Shown: positions 23,756-35,088 of the stretch, piece after piece | Numbering within the stretch: the stretch's first letter is position 1 | Layout of the letters: the number at the start of each line of letters is the position of its first letter | Notes under the pieces: model-generated | Told to the model about the DNA's origin: nothing | Seen by the model: the letters and a program-made list of their open reading frames with translations, nothing else | Databases searched by the model: none | NCBI RefSeq assembly: GCF_006345805.1 | Contig: NC_042999.1 | Span: forward strand, 85,436,001-85,500,000 | Reading direction: 5' to 3' | Length of the DNA stretch: 64,000 bases | Source: Octopus sinensis | Taxonomy: Eukaryota | Program-made: the position numbers and the translations under genes

Positions 23756-26700
23756 CATCATCATCATCATCATCATCATCATCGTTTAGCGTCCGTTTTC
23801 CATGCTAGCATGGGTTGGACGGTTCTACTGGGGTCTGTGAAGCCAGAAGGCTTCATCAGGCCCAGTCAAATCTGGCAGTGTTTCTACGGCTGGATGCCCT
23901 TCCTAACGCCAACCACTCCGTGAGTGTAGTGGGTGCTTTTTACGTGCCACCCGCACTGGTGCCAGACAGAGCTGGCAAACGGCCACGAACGGATGGTGCT
24001 TTTTATGTGCCACCGGCACGAGGGCCAGGCGAGGCTGGCAACGGACACGAAACGGGGCGGTGCTGGCAACGGTCGCGAAACGGAAAGTTCTCTTACATGC
24101 CACCGGCACTGGTAACACATCTGCAATTTCCATTGATCGATTTCCATTGATCGATTTCGATTCTGATCGTCACTTGCCTCAACGGGTCTTCACAAGCAGA
24201 GTTTTGACATGCCACCGGCACTGGTAGCACATCCGCAATTTCCATTGATCGATTTCGATTCTGATCCTCACTTGCCTCATCACGTCTTCACAAGTAGAGT
24301 TTTGTGTCCCAAGAAGGGAAGGTATGCATACGTAGGCTGGCTCCATCCTATGTAGAAGGCCACGGGTTATGGACTCACTTGTCCTGCCGGGTCTTCTCGC
24401 GCACAGCACACTTCCAGAGGTCTCGGTCTCTAGTCATTTCCTCAGTGAGACCTAAAGTTCGAAGGTCGTGCTTCACCACCTCGTCCCAGGTTTTCCTGGG
24501 TCTGCCTCTTCCACAGGTTCCCTCAACCGCTAGGGTGTGGCACTTTTTCACACAACTATCTTCATCCATTCTCGCCACATGACCATACCAGCGCAAACGT
24601 TTCTCTTGCACACCACAACTGATGCTTCTTAGGTCCAGCTTTTCTCTCAAGGTACTTACACTCTGCCGAGTGTGAGTACCGGCATTACACATCCATCGGA
24701 GCATACTGGCTTCATTTCTAGCGAGCTTACGCATATCCTCAGCAGTCACGGCCCATGTGTCACTGCCATGTAGCATGGCTGTTCGTACACACGCATCATA
24801 CAGTCTGCCTTTCACTCTGTGCGAGAGGCCTTTTGTCACCAGTAGAGGTAAGAGCTCTCTGAACTTTGCCCAAGCTATTCTTACTCTAGCAGTTACACTT
24901 TCAGCACACCCGCCCCCGCTGCTGACTTGGTCACCTAGGTAACGGAAACTATCAACTATTTCTAGTTTTTCTCCCTGGAAAGTGACGGAAGTTGGTCTCA
25001 GAGCATTTTCAGTGTTTATTGTTCCTGAGCATCTGCCACATACAAAAACCATCTTCCTAGTTAGCCTTCCTTTGACATTGCTGCATCTCTTATGTGTCCA
25101 TAGCTTACACTTGGTGCATCTTATAGAGTTTCTACCTACACCTTTTCTACAGATCGAGCAGGGCCATCTACCTGAAGGTGTTTGTGATTTGTCTACCTTC
25201 CTACTGATTACGACTTTGGTTTTAGCTAGATTGACTCTGAGGCCCTTCGATTCTAATCCTTGTTTCCACACCTGAAACTTCTCCTCCAGTTCTGATAGCG
25301 ACTCAGCAATTAGAGCAAGGTCATCAGCATAGAGGAGCTCCCAAGGGCATCCTGTCTTGAATTCCTCCGTTATTGCCTGGAGGACTATGATAAATAGGAG
25401 GGGGCTGAGTACTGAGCCTTGGTGGACTCCTACCTCTACCCGGAATTCTTCACTGTACACATTTCCAACCCTCACCCTACTAGCGGCGTCCCTGTACATG
25501 GCCCGCACAGCTCTCACTAACCATTCATCTATCCCTAGTTTCCTCATTGCCCACCAGATAAGGGATCGGGGGACCCTGTCGAAGGCTTTCTCCATGTCAA
25601 CAAAAGCCAGGTACAGGGGCTTATCTTTGGCTAGGTATTTCTCCTGCAGCTGCCTTACCAGGAATATAGCATCAGTAGTACTTTTCCCTGGCACAAACCC
25701 AAACTGCATCTCATCTAAACTAACTCTCTCTCTAATTAGTTGGGCTATGACCCTCTCCGTAACCTTCATCACCTGGTCCAACAGCTTGATACCTCTGTAG
25801 TTATTTGTATCTAGGGCATCACCTTTACCTTTGTAGCAGTTGACTATTATACTGCTACACCAGTCATTGGGTATGACCTCTTTGTGTATCACCTGATTAA
25901 CTATACGGGTGACTAGGCTATAGCCGACACTACCAGACATTTTGAGCATCTCTGCAGTGATTCCTGATGGGCCTGGGGCTTTCCCTGTCTTCATGCTTCT
26001 AATTGCCTTAGCTACCACGGAACTATCAACTCGGATAGCTGGTCCCTCTGTTGGGTCAACATTCGGCAGACTCTCTTTATCCCATTCATTTTCTTCATTC
26101 AGCAACCTTTCATAGTGGCATCTCCAAACCTCTCTCTTTGCATCTTCATTTAGCGCAAGTGAACCATCTTCCATGCGAACACACTTCTCTCCTACCACAT
26201 CACGATTCTCTCTCACACACTGTCTTGCAACACGAAACACCTCCAGTCTTTGGTCCTCACGGCGCAGAACATTGGCAAATTTTTTCTTATCTGCTTCCCC
26301 TCTGGCTAAATAAACCTGTCTCCTAGCTTCTCTTTTGGCAGTCTGATACAATCCCCTGCTACCCCCATTTTTCCAGACCTTCCAAGCCTGTCTCTTTTCT
26401 CTAATAGCCCTGTCTACAATATTGTTCCACCACCACGTTATTCTAGGTCGAGAGGGGACTTTGCACCAGCCACAGATCTGGTCAGTGGCTCTCAGCAGGT
26501 TGTCCCTTAGAAACGTCCAGCTGTCTTCTACCCCCTGTGATGCTCTATCCCCTTCTACTTCGTCAGAGGCTTCAAGTAATATGTCCCTAAATCTCTGTCC
26601 ATTTGCAGGATCTTTAAGCTTCCAGATCCTTCTTCTCCATATTTGTCGTCTTCTGGTTGTCCTCCTAGTCCTGATCCTAAAGTCACTAACTACCAGTCTA

Positions 26701-28015
26701 TGTTGTGGGGTACATTCTTCACCTGGGAAGGTTTTGGCATTTATAAGCAGCCATCTCTCCCTTTGCCTTGTAAGAATGTAGTCAATTTGGCTGGTATGTT
26801 GGCCCGATTGGTAAGTGACTAGGTGGCTGGTAGGTTTCCTGAAGTTAGTGTTGCAAATCATAAGATTATTTGCATCGCAGAACTCCAGCAGCCTGGTTCC
26901 CTCCTCGTTGCGGGAGCCATAGCCATAGCCTCCATGTACGCCATGGAAGCCCCCAGCATGTCGTCCAACGTGACCATTGAAGTCACCAGCCACAAAGATA
27001 AGGTCTCTGTCGTTCGTCAACGAGGTAGTCTGCAGTAGAGTGTCATAGAATCGGTCTTTCTGTCCATCGGGTAGCCCCGACTGAGGAGCATAGGCTGATA
27101 TAATGGTTGCTAAACTATGATGAAGCACTAATCTAATCTTAAGTATTCTGTCACATACTCTGATTACCTCAATTACTTTATCTACCCATTTCTCAGCGAT
27201 AAGTATACCCACGCCACCAACCCCGTCAGTGTTCCCTGCCCAGAAAATCTTGTACCTGCGTTCCTTGCCTGTGAGGAACCTAGCTGATCCTCCTCTCCAC
27301 CTTATTTCTTGCATGCAACATATATCCACACATCTCCGTTCAAGCATCTCGACTATCTCACCAGACCTACCTTTCAGAGTGCCAACGTTGAGGGTGCCAA
27401 CCCTGAGGGTGTGGGAGGCATGGGCTCTAGAGACCCTGGGACGGTGGACAGTAGCTTCGTGTACCTGAAAAGAAAGCTCGCATTTGGCAGAATTCATGTG
27501 CAAGAAATGAAGTAGTAAAGTAGCCTTCAGTACAACCTGCATAACGCTAGCCTTTCATATTTTGCACTGTATGAACATTACCTTACATAGGTCGAGACTA
27601 GGGGTAGGGAGGGGTAGGGATGGTGAGAACATTTGCAGTCTTCATGGGAAGCAACCCCGGAATGGCAGAGAATAGGAACTTCGGCATGCGTGGTGGGGGT
27701 GGGAGGTCGGGTGCACCGTGTCTGAGTAAAGAGGTTCTGTTAATCGTATGAGCTAGCAAATGGGTTTGTATGAATCGGGAGACAACACTAAACGAAAAAT
27801 TGAAAAATCAGAGTGGCTATGAACCTGTAGACAAGTCTAAACGAAAAAAAATGTTTGAGCTAGACAGGGTAATGAGGGAATACTGAAAGAATGAGGGACA
27901 ATACAATGAGATGGAAATTGAAGAATAGAGAAAGAATAAGAATAAGTGCAAGAAAGAAGGTAGTCGTAGCGAGGTTGGACGATTCACTTAACTTTTAGCC
28001 ATTCATGATCTGTGC
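23756..28015 (-). mobile_element. Apparently full-length RTE-clade LINE (~4.26 kb)
   Basis: (CAT)9 tail at 23756-23782, ~590-bp 3'UTR, intact ORF, ~470-bp pyrimidine-rich 5' leader; CpG-rich versus flanks. 5' boundary uncertain by ~10 bp. Confidence 0.88.
24375..27542 (-). CDS. RTE LINE polyprotein (APE endonuclease + reverse transcriptase + PHD-like finger), 1055 aa, uninterrupted
   Basis: EN motifs GTLNVGTL, CMQE, SAYAPQ, GDFNGHVG, SQIDYIL, QHRLV; RT motifs YRGIKL, QFGF, FVDMEKAFDRV, GVHQGSVLSP, YADD, FRYLG; RTE tail LRWYGHVARM, GRGRPRKTW. Confidence 0.97.
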   Translation of the reverse strand: MQVVLKATLLLHFLHMNSAKCELSFQVHEATVHRPRVSRAHASHTLRVGTLNVGTLKGRSGEIVEMLERRCVDICCMQEIRWRGGSARFLTGKERRYKIFWAGNTDGVGGVGILIAEKWVDKVIEVIRVCDRILKIRLVLHHSLATIISAYAPQSGLPDGQKDRFYDTLLQTTSLTNDRDLIFVAGDFNGHVGRHAGGFHGVHGGYGYGSRNEEGTRLLEFCDANNLMICNTNFRKPTSHLVTYQSGQHTSQIDYILTRQRERWLLINAKTFPGEECTPQHRLVVSDFRIRTRRTTRRRQIWRRRIWKLKDPANGQRFRDILLEASDEVEGDRASQGVEDSWTFLRDNLLRATDQICGWCKVPSRPRITWWWNNIVDRAIREKRQAWKVWKNGGSRGLYQTAKREARRQVYLARGEADKKKFANVLRREDQRLEVFRVARQCVRENRDVVGEKCVRMEDGSLALNEDAKREVWRCHYERLLNEENEWDKESLPNVDPTEGPAIRVDSSVVAKAIRSMKTGKAPGPSGITAEMLKMSGSVGYSLVTRIVNQVIHKEVIPNDWCSSIIVNCYKGKGDALDTNNYRGIKLLDQVMKVTERVIAQLIRERVSLDEMQFGFVPGKSTTDAIFLVRQLQEKYLAKDKPLYLAFVDMEKAFDRVPRSLIWWAMRKLGIDEWLVRAVRAMYRDAASRVRVGNVYSEEFRVEVGVHQGSVLSPLLFIIVLQAITEEFKTGCPWELLYADDLALIAESLSELEEKFQVWKQGLESKGLRVNLAKTKVVISRKVDKSQTPSGRWPCSICRKGVGRNSIRCTKCKLWTHKRCSNVKGRLTRKMVFVCGRCSGTINTENALRPTSVTFQGEKLEIVDSFRYLGDQVSSGGGCAESVTARVRIAWAKFRELLPLLVTKGLSHRVKGRLYDACVRTAMLHGSDTWAVTAEDMRKLARNEASMLRWMCNAGTHTRQSVSTLREKLDLRSISCGVQEKRLRWYGHVARMDEDSCVKKCHTLAVEGTCGRGRPRKTWDEVVKHDLRTLGLTEEMTRDRDLWKCAVREKTRQDK

Positions 28016-28330
28016 CACATAATTTAAATCTCAAAGCTACAAGATAATGCAAGATAAAATTTCTGTCTAAGTACAATTGTAAATACTGTGAAATTTTCAA
28101 GTGTGTGAGTTTTTTTCTCAATATTTGAAGTGGTGATTGATATTTTTGTAATTACCAATATGGCTTCAGCATATAATGAATCCAATGTGGGGGGGAATTA
28201 CACTTGAAGACTTAGAAATTGTTGAAGAAAAAACTGAAAATAACAGTGACTTGATTTTAGATGAATCAGATATAGATGTTTCTGAATTTTTGTCTGACGA
28301 GCAAGGGTATTTTTGATAGCCAAAGTGAAA
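28016..28330 (+). mobile_element. Possible piggyBac-derived remnant (with 23666-23755 on the other side of the RTE)
   Basis: Left piece starts ctaacccattagc (TTAA-CCC-like end); the right piece encodes the acidic MASAYNES...LEDLEIVEE...SDLILDESDIDVSEF, like a piggyBac N-terminus. Confidence 0.35.
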
Positions 28331-28890
28331 AAAATCTTCAGAATTCCATGCAAAATATCAGGATAAAACAGTCAAACAATTTAACATTAATTCACAACCC
28401 TGATTTTATTGAAAAATATATAATTGTGAATCATTGGTATTTTTACACCTGCTGGAAAAATTTCAAGTCTACACATAAAATTTAATGTGAATAAATAACC
28501 ATTACATTTGACACAGTAATTATATTATTTTCTCTAATTTATTCTTCTGTAATAAAAGAGGGCATATTCCATTTACATCATTTTTTGTTTTTAGAATATT
28601 TTCAAATCTTTAATTTTTTTCCATATATACCCAGCCTTTTTATTTTGAGTGCAGCCAGGTAATAGTATGCAGAAGGCAAAAAACTGAGTGTGCTTCCACC
28701 ATTCATAAGTTTGAAACAGTTGTGACACACCACTATTGGCTACCTCTCTAGACATTCTAATACAAGACTACTCATACTAGACACTGAGTTATAAACAAAC
28801 TGTACATGTGTCACTCATGATAGAGAAACTATAACTAGTCCACTAGTAATCATACACAAACTGTAAAAGAAATAAGCAAAATTATCTTAC

Positions 28891-28977
28891 CTTATTATAT
28901 CAATATATTCATACAGTTTTAATAGTTGACAACGCAACTGATTTGCTTCATTTAGGCTGTAAGTCGATTCACCATTA
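28891..28977 (-). CDS. RBSN: Rabenosyn-5 coding exon 7
   Basis: tttttcag|T AAT GGT; NGESTYSLNEANQLRCQLLKLYEYIDII; AG|GTAAGA donor; phase 2/2. Confidence 0.92.
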
Positions 28978-29085
28978 CTGAAAAATAAAATATATTTTCA
29001 AAATATACATATGTATATATACACATCATTAAAATGTTTAAATTTTCAAACTTTTTAATTTTACAATAGTGACAAGTCTATTTAC

Positions 29086-29156
29086 CTCAAAGATTCAACC
29101 ATTGGTAAAAATCTGGGAAGTTGTTGTTCTGCTTCTTCGATACAAGTTCTTAATTT
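29086..29156 (-). CDS. RBSN: Rabenosyn-5 coding exon 6
   Basis: ataacag|AAA; KLRTCIEEAEQQLPRFLPMVESL; AG|GTAAAT donor; phase 0/2. Confidence 0.9.
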
Positions 29157-30778
29157 CTGTTATGGAAAAATAGGAGATAAAAGGATTGTCACTAAAAAAT
29201 ATATGAACTGAAATTGAGATGAATAAATAGCAACAAAACCCCTCAATAAATAAAAAGGTTCCATTAATATTAATTGTAACACTTACTGAATGAACAAAAC
29301 CTTAATATAATGCATCCTAATATTGCACAAGTGTAACACACAAAGAAAAAATTCTTATTGCCAGGTTGTCTGTGAATTTCCTACTTAAATTTGAATTTCC
29401 TTATAAGGAACTATTTTGTTGAAATTTTGTTGCAAAAGGAAACAATCAGTTGGTTACACATGACTTACTTTTGCATTCTGGAGTGTCTGCTCATATGAAA
29501 TTATACTACTTGTGTATAATATCTTGAAGTATCATATTTTTAAAAATTCTGACTTTTGCTATCTTGTCATGTCATGTCAGCACAAAGCAATATCATGAGA
29601 TACTAATGATTATAAAAATATCTAAGCAGAAAAGTGAAGTGTTGTTGCAGAATCATTAGGGATCTGCATTGTTAACTTTAAAATAAAATTTAAAAAATAA
29701 AAAACAAAAGATGCAAACTTCAAGTGAGCATAACACTTCTGAAGTAACATAAACACACAGTGAAATTATGAAAAAATGGAGTAATATATTAAGTGTTTCA
29801 ATGCATAAGTCACAGTGTTTGCTTTCCACTCATAAGCCAATAAGAAATAAAGCATCAAATTTATGTAATCAGTTGACTTGTGAAGGAGTTGAAAAGCTCA
29901 AAAGATAATCTAATCTAGCATTTGGATAACAGGGGGATTGGCAAGTATTGACATGAGACTACATCACAATTTCCATTATAAATGAAGAAAGAGTTAAATG
30001 TTCATTAAATCTAGTTTTTCAAATTAACAAATATGGACTATTTTAGAAGTGCTTACCCTCTAAAACCTATCTCAAAAGCAGAAAAAGAAAACACCTGGGT
30101 ATTAAGTAGAAAAAAGTTGGTTACACAGGTTTTTTTTCTTTTCTTTTTATGAAAACCTTAAAGAGTTATCAGAACAACAAATATCAAATTCAAGAAGTGA
30201 AGACAACCCTCTACAACCAGTTTTAATAACAGAATTCTTATCTAAAAACATTAATGAAGTAACCTGTGCCTCAGAGTATCTTTCAGAAAATAAACTAAAT
30301 TTCAAACAAAGCATGAAAATTAAATGAAGCCAATTTTTTTATAAAACAAAAATTTAACAGACCAGTGGCACTATATTTTTTGCATAAACTGTGTACATTT
30401 TTGATTGAATTACATATAATTTTGTTCAAAGGACTTTTTCATTTATATGGAGGTATTGTAGATCTACTATATTTAAATAAGGATATATTTCTTTCAATAA
30501 TTAAAAGAATATATCTGCATAAAAAATTGTTTTGCTTTATATATTAGCAACAGAGGCAGTCTTAATACTTAGAGGTAATATTTATCCCTACTTAAACACA
30601 GTTAAACATGTTTTACCTTACTCTGATAAAGTTTCTAATAGCAAAGTAAAAACGGCAAGACAATTTAACTGAGGCATTGGTATGATGGATTACATTAGTT
30701 ACAGAAGATATTTGTGCAAACATTTTTAAGGGTGATATGCAAATATTTTAAACATTGTTAATTTTAATAAAATATTAC

Positions 30779-30984
30779 TTCATATAGCTGGACAATGACA
30801 GGTTTTAAATTTCTTTGTTCAACCAGGCTATCACGTCTTTCAAGAAGCCGTCGACAGTCAAGACAAGTACGAATATGTTGTTCACCCTCAGCACTAAACA
30901 TGGAGTTGAGACTTGTATCACTTCCGGAACGTTTTAAAAATCCACTTTCTTTTTGGAAGTTAAAAGCTGGATCTGTTAATTTTT
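30779..30984 (-). CDS. RBSN: Rabenosyn-5 coding exon 5 (FYVE C-terminal RxCxxC)
   Basis: tttacag|AA; KLTDP...EQHIRTCLDCRRLLERRD...VIVQLYE; GAA|GTAATA donor; phase 1/0. Confidence 0.92.
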
Positions 30985-31341
30985 CTGTAAAGTGAAAATG
31001 ATTTAAATATTCATGAAAGACAAAGAAACAAACTGAACAATTAAAATCATATTTGAATTACAAGAAATATTTTAAAATATATTTAAAAAGAAAATATTTT
31101 TCTTTTAAAACCCTTTTTCTTAAATGTAACAAAATTGAATGATTTATAGACATAAGTTGCAGCTAATTTCAATTGTTTCTAAAATGCTTAGAATCTGTGG
31201 ATTATATACACAATTAATCTTAAATTTATGATGATGAAATAGTCATTAACAAATTTAACATCAATATTCACATGTGCATGCATTTATACATACACATAAG
31301 TATGTATATATTATTAAAAAACACTACAAATGAGAACTTAC

Positions 31342-31503
31342 TGGCAAATGAAAATGACATAAAATGAGAGCATCTATCACAGACAATTCCTCCACATAAT
31401 CGACAATGGTGTCGTCTGCGGGTGACAATAAATGTTCTAGCACAAGAAGGACACATGGGCACATCTGCATCATTTACCCAAGGAACCACAGTTTTTTCAA
31501 ATA
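31342..31503 (-). CDS. RBSN: Rabenosyn-5 coding exon 4 (FYVE domain)
   Basis: ttttgcag|TA; WVNDADVPMCPSC...RRRHHCRLCGGIVCDRC (WxxD and RRHHCR motifs); A|GTAAGT donor. Confidence 0.96.
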
Positions 31504-31995
31504 CTGCAAAAAATATAGAGTTTACATATTTCAGTATTTAACACCTAAGTAGTAAATTAATAAAAACTAATAGCTAAATATTTACATTGAAACAGTTCCC
31601 AAAATATCAAAAATATCTATGATAGCAACACACTTATAACAATCATCATCATCATCATTTAACGTCCATTTTCCATGCTGGCATGGGTTGGATGGATATG
31701 TTTGTATATACACACATGTACTCATACAAGCATTTCTCCCTCCTCTATTGCCTTCTCCTTCCAAGCACTATTTGGTTCATCATACTCTTGCTTTTTCTCT
31801 GTAGCACTCTGCATACTTTCTTCTATGCACCCTCTTAGTCATGGTACCTAGGAACAGAAGCAGTGTAGGATAGTGAAAGTTGTGCAGTCTTTAATGTCCA
31901 GATGATTATAATGTTTAACTCTTCAGCCACTATATTCTAACACATGCATGTGTGTATACATGAGCATTCCCTTGTCTTGACATATGATTCTGATT

Positions 31996-32430
31996 GGTAA
32001 TATTTACCCCAACTTAAACGTGGATGTTCTGTTAGAACAAACTATACAGCAGTAGATACCATGAGAGAAACTCTCATATTGGCTTTTGGTGCAAAATGCA
32101 CTCATGTTTACACCGATAGCAGGGAGATAAATCCCCACCACCTCCAGCACCAAGACCATATATATCTATATATTGCTGGCAGGGAGATGAATCATTGCTA
32201 TCTCTAACAGTTGAGTATACATCATTGTTGAAGACCAAGGAAGGTCAAAATTACATGATCTGGTGATCTCGGTGCTGGAGGTAGCAGGGAGTTACCACCC
32301 AACAAGTGATGTAAAAAAAATGAGTGCATTTTGCACCAAAAATTAATATGAGGGTTTCTCTCATGGTAACTATCGCAGTATAGTTTGTTCCAATAGAACA
32401 TCCACATTTTAAGTGAGAATAAATATTACC
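31996..32430. repeat. Fold-back element with >110-bp inverted arms
   Basis: 31996-~32110 pairs with ~32315-32430 (ggtaatattt...ggtgcaaaatgcactcat); inner pairing cacctccagcacc/ggtgctggaggt continues. Confidence 0.85.
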
Positions 32431-32859
32431 GCTCGCTATCTGTCACTAATATATATTTTTTAGCAATTCTGATTGTAAACAAAAAAAAAAACAATTACCA
32501 TTCATACAAATGGTGTCATCTGTTTACAAGTCTTTGTGAGAGCATGTCCAGATGAGAAGAAATAGTGTTTCATTTAAATTCTAAAATAATTGTGAATTTG
32601 AGATTGGCTTCATGAAACTATAGCTTTTTCTTTTAATTTATAAATTTAATAAAAGTGGTGTTTTTGCATGAGTTTATAATGGAAATTTTATCTCCAATCT
32701 ACTGTAATCATACATAAAGTCAGTGAAATCATGTTACCATTAGCTTCTGTATTTTTATTTAGCTATGAATAAGTAAATCTGAGTTATTTTGAGAATTTCA
32801 TACCATATGGCCATAGGTGATTTGGGGCATTTTGGTAATATGCACCTTCAAACATCTGC

Positions 32860-33076
32860 TTAAACCATTCGTTACTATATTTTTGCTGAAATACACTACC
32901 TATATTTCAATTAATTTTTACAATGAAGAATTTAGTAATCATCATAATTAAGCTGGTGTTTTGAACATAAATTAACAAGTACTTCTGATGGAAGGCTTTA
33001 ATTAAGATCACTTTAAAACACAAAGTTTGTATCATAGAACCCGGGGCAGCGTCAGGGTTGGTATCAAAAGGGTTAA
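32860..33076. mobile_element. piggyBac-type MITE with TTAA ends
   Basis: TTAA at 32860-32863 and 33073-33076; imperfect TIR ttaaaccattcgttac / ggtatcaaaagggttaa. Confidence 0.55.
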
Positions 33077-33408
33077 AGGCTTCGTTATGATAATGTTTGA
33101 TCCTATAGAATACTTTTAAATGATCCTGGGCTTGCCAAAGCCTAAATGTAAACAATATTTTCTATATGGTTCACATGAGGTGGAATAGTCCTGAACAATT
33201 CTTTATGAAAGAACATTAGTTTGTAAGGATCTGATTCTTTGTCATCTCAATATTTGCCTAAGCATCAAAGAAAATATTCCTCAAATCTAATTCATCAATG
33301 TGGAAAATGTAAAACAGAATATACAAAAAAAAAAGAAAAAAATACATTTATTACTATGCAAGAAAAAAAACTGAAACAACTTTAAAAGAAAAATGGAATA
33401 GAAATTAC

Positions 33409-33552
33409 CTTTTCGCTTATTTGGGTCAGTAGGTGCCTCAGGACTTATTAGTTTATCAAGCCTAATAAGTAACTTGTTAGTTTCTATCACAAATCTGTCC
33501 ACTCGGGCATCTCGAATTGCTTTGAAGGTTTCAGTGTGACTTCGAGAAATTC
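33409..33552 (-). CDS. RBSN: Rabenosyn-5 coding exon 3
   Basis: cttgtag|GA; ISRSHTETFKAIRDARVDRFVIETNKLLIRLDKL (conserved rabenosyn segment); G|GTAATT donor. Confidence 0.95.
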
Positions 33553-34219
33553 CTACAAGTATTTTTATTTATATAAATATCAGCAACAACCACATGAAAT
33601 ATGTTCACTCTTTCTTTTTGTCTCTCCCTTCCTTAGTCAGAACTACACTGACATTTAGAAGTAACGGTGAAATTTTCAAATGTAGAACGTTAACATACTT
33701 TTTCAAATTTCGTAATTATTTATTTGATCATACAATACAATAATTTATTGTTTTGAGACATTTAAATAAATTGTAGTAATGAATGCATATTCATTTCACA
33801 TTAACTTTTAGGAATACATATGTACATAATAACAGAATTGCCTATTATGACTCTACATATCGTTCATTCCTCTTATGTCATACCACTATCATTCATGCAT
33901 CTATCTATCTTTCATGCATCTCACTCAGTAAAGAGATTGGTGAGTGAGCAAATGTGGATTCAAGAAATATCTTTTAGTCATGCCAAGGACATAGCTATCT
34001 CTGTAGTGTATGTGCAAGAAAAAATGCACTCAGTAAACTCTGTAAAGTAGCTGGTGCTAGGAAGGGCATCCAGCCACAGAAGCCAAGCCAAAAATGTAAC
34101 TTATGAGCATGGTGTGGTCCACCAACTTGTCTATGTGAGCACTCCTCCTGAATATGTACTGATTTGACTGTTGCAACCTATCCAACCCCTTATGAGCACT
34201 CTGTCAGTTACAATATTAT

Positions 34220-34530
34220 TAAAGGTTCCAGTTGATACGATCAATAGAACAGCCTGCTTGTGAAATTAACATGCAAGTGGTTGAGCACTCCACAGACACG
34301 TGTATGCTTGACATAGTTCACAAGGAGATTCAGCTCAACACAGAATGTGACAAGGCTGGCCCTTTGAATTCAGGTACAACTCATTTTTGCCAGCTGAGTG
34401 GACTGGAGCAACATGAAATAAAGTGTCTTGCTTCAAGGATATGACTCGCCACCAGGAGTCAAACTCACAACCTTACAATCATTAGCCAATTACCCTAACC
34501 ACTAAGTCATGTGCCTTCACATACTAACAC
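34220..34530 (-). mobile_element. tRNA-derived SINE (third family)
   Basis: Central cagctgagtggactggagcaac...gtgtcttgc block and tRNA-like head (gagtcaaactc...ccctaaccact) at the right end. Confidence 0.55.
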
Positions 34531-34947
34531 AGAAAGTGGACATGAAATGATGATGATGATGGTGATAGTGATATATATGTATATATCTGTTATGCACAAT
34601 GAAGGCTATATTAAATTAAAATAGCCACCTATGTATCATAATGTATATACATTGTTGATGTACATATCCTGAGATAATATCACTTATGGAAGAGCTATGT
34701 CAAAAACACAATAAATATTGAAGGGAGACAAAAACAAAAATGCCTCAGTAGTGGCCAGTGAGAATACCAGATGCATTTTGGCCTTTTCAATATGAACTTG
34801 CAGCCAACCTGGATGAGAATTTATCATTTTCAGTGGCCATACATACATATCAACATATTTACTTTAGATAAATGTAAATTTCTTTATGGTAAATAATTCC
34901 CAGGAAATATGAAATATGATGGATAGAGGATTTAAAATTTAACTCAC

Positions 34948-35088
34948 CAACTTCCTGAGGCTCCCAGAAAAAAGGATAAAGTCCAGGTATGAGCGCATTT
35001 GTACTTGATTGTTCTCTGTCATCAAAAGAATCTTCTTTTTCCCCAAGCATATCACCCAACAGTCGTTTTTTGGCCTTTTCAAATAAGC
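34948..35088 (-). CDS. RBSN: Rabenosyn-5 coding exon 2
   Basis: gtgttag|GC; GLFEKAKKRLL...FWEPQEV; G|GTGAGT donor; phase 1/1. Confidence 0.93.

Noticed and set aside
24757-27515. Plus-strand ORFs overlapping the RTE ORF
   Set aside because: Antisense shadows of a GC-richer coding sequence; no recognisable motifs.
27960-28015. HDV-like ribozyme at the RTE 5' end (ggctaa and cctcgc motifs)
   Set aside because: The motifs are in the wrong order and spacing, and I could not build P1/P2/P3 pairing; an Infernal or RNArobo search would be needed.
34745-34840. Intronic C/D-box snoRNA candidate
   Set aside because: The C box is imperfect (ATGATAA) and the terminal stem does not flank the boxes; a similar motif at ~35585 suggests a decayed repeat.
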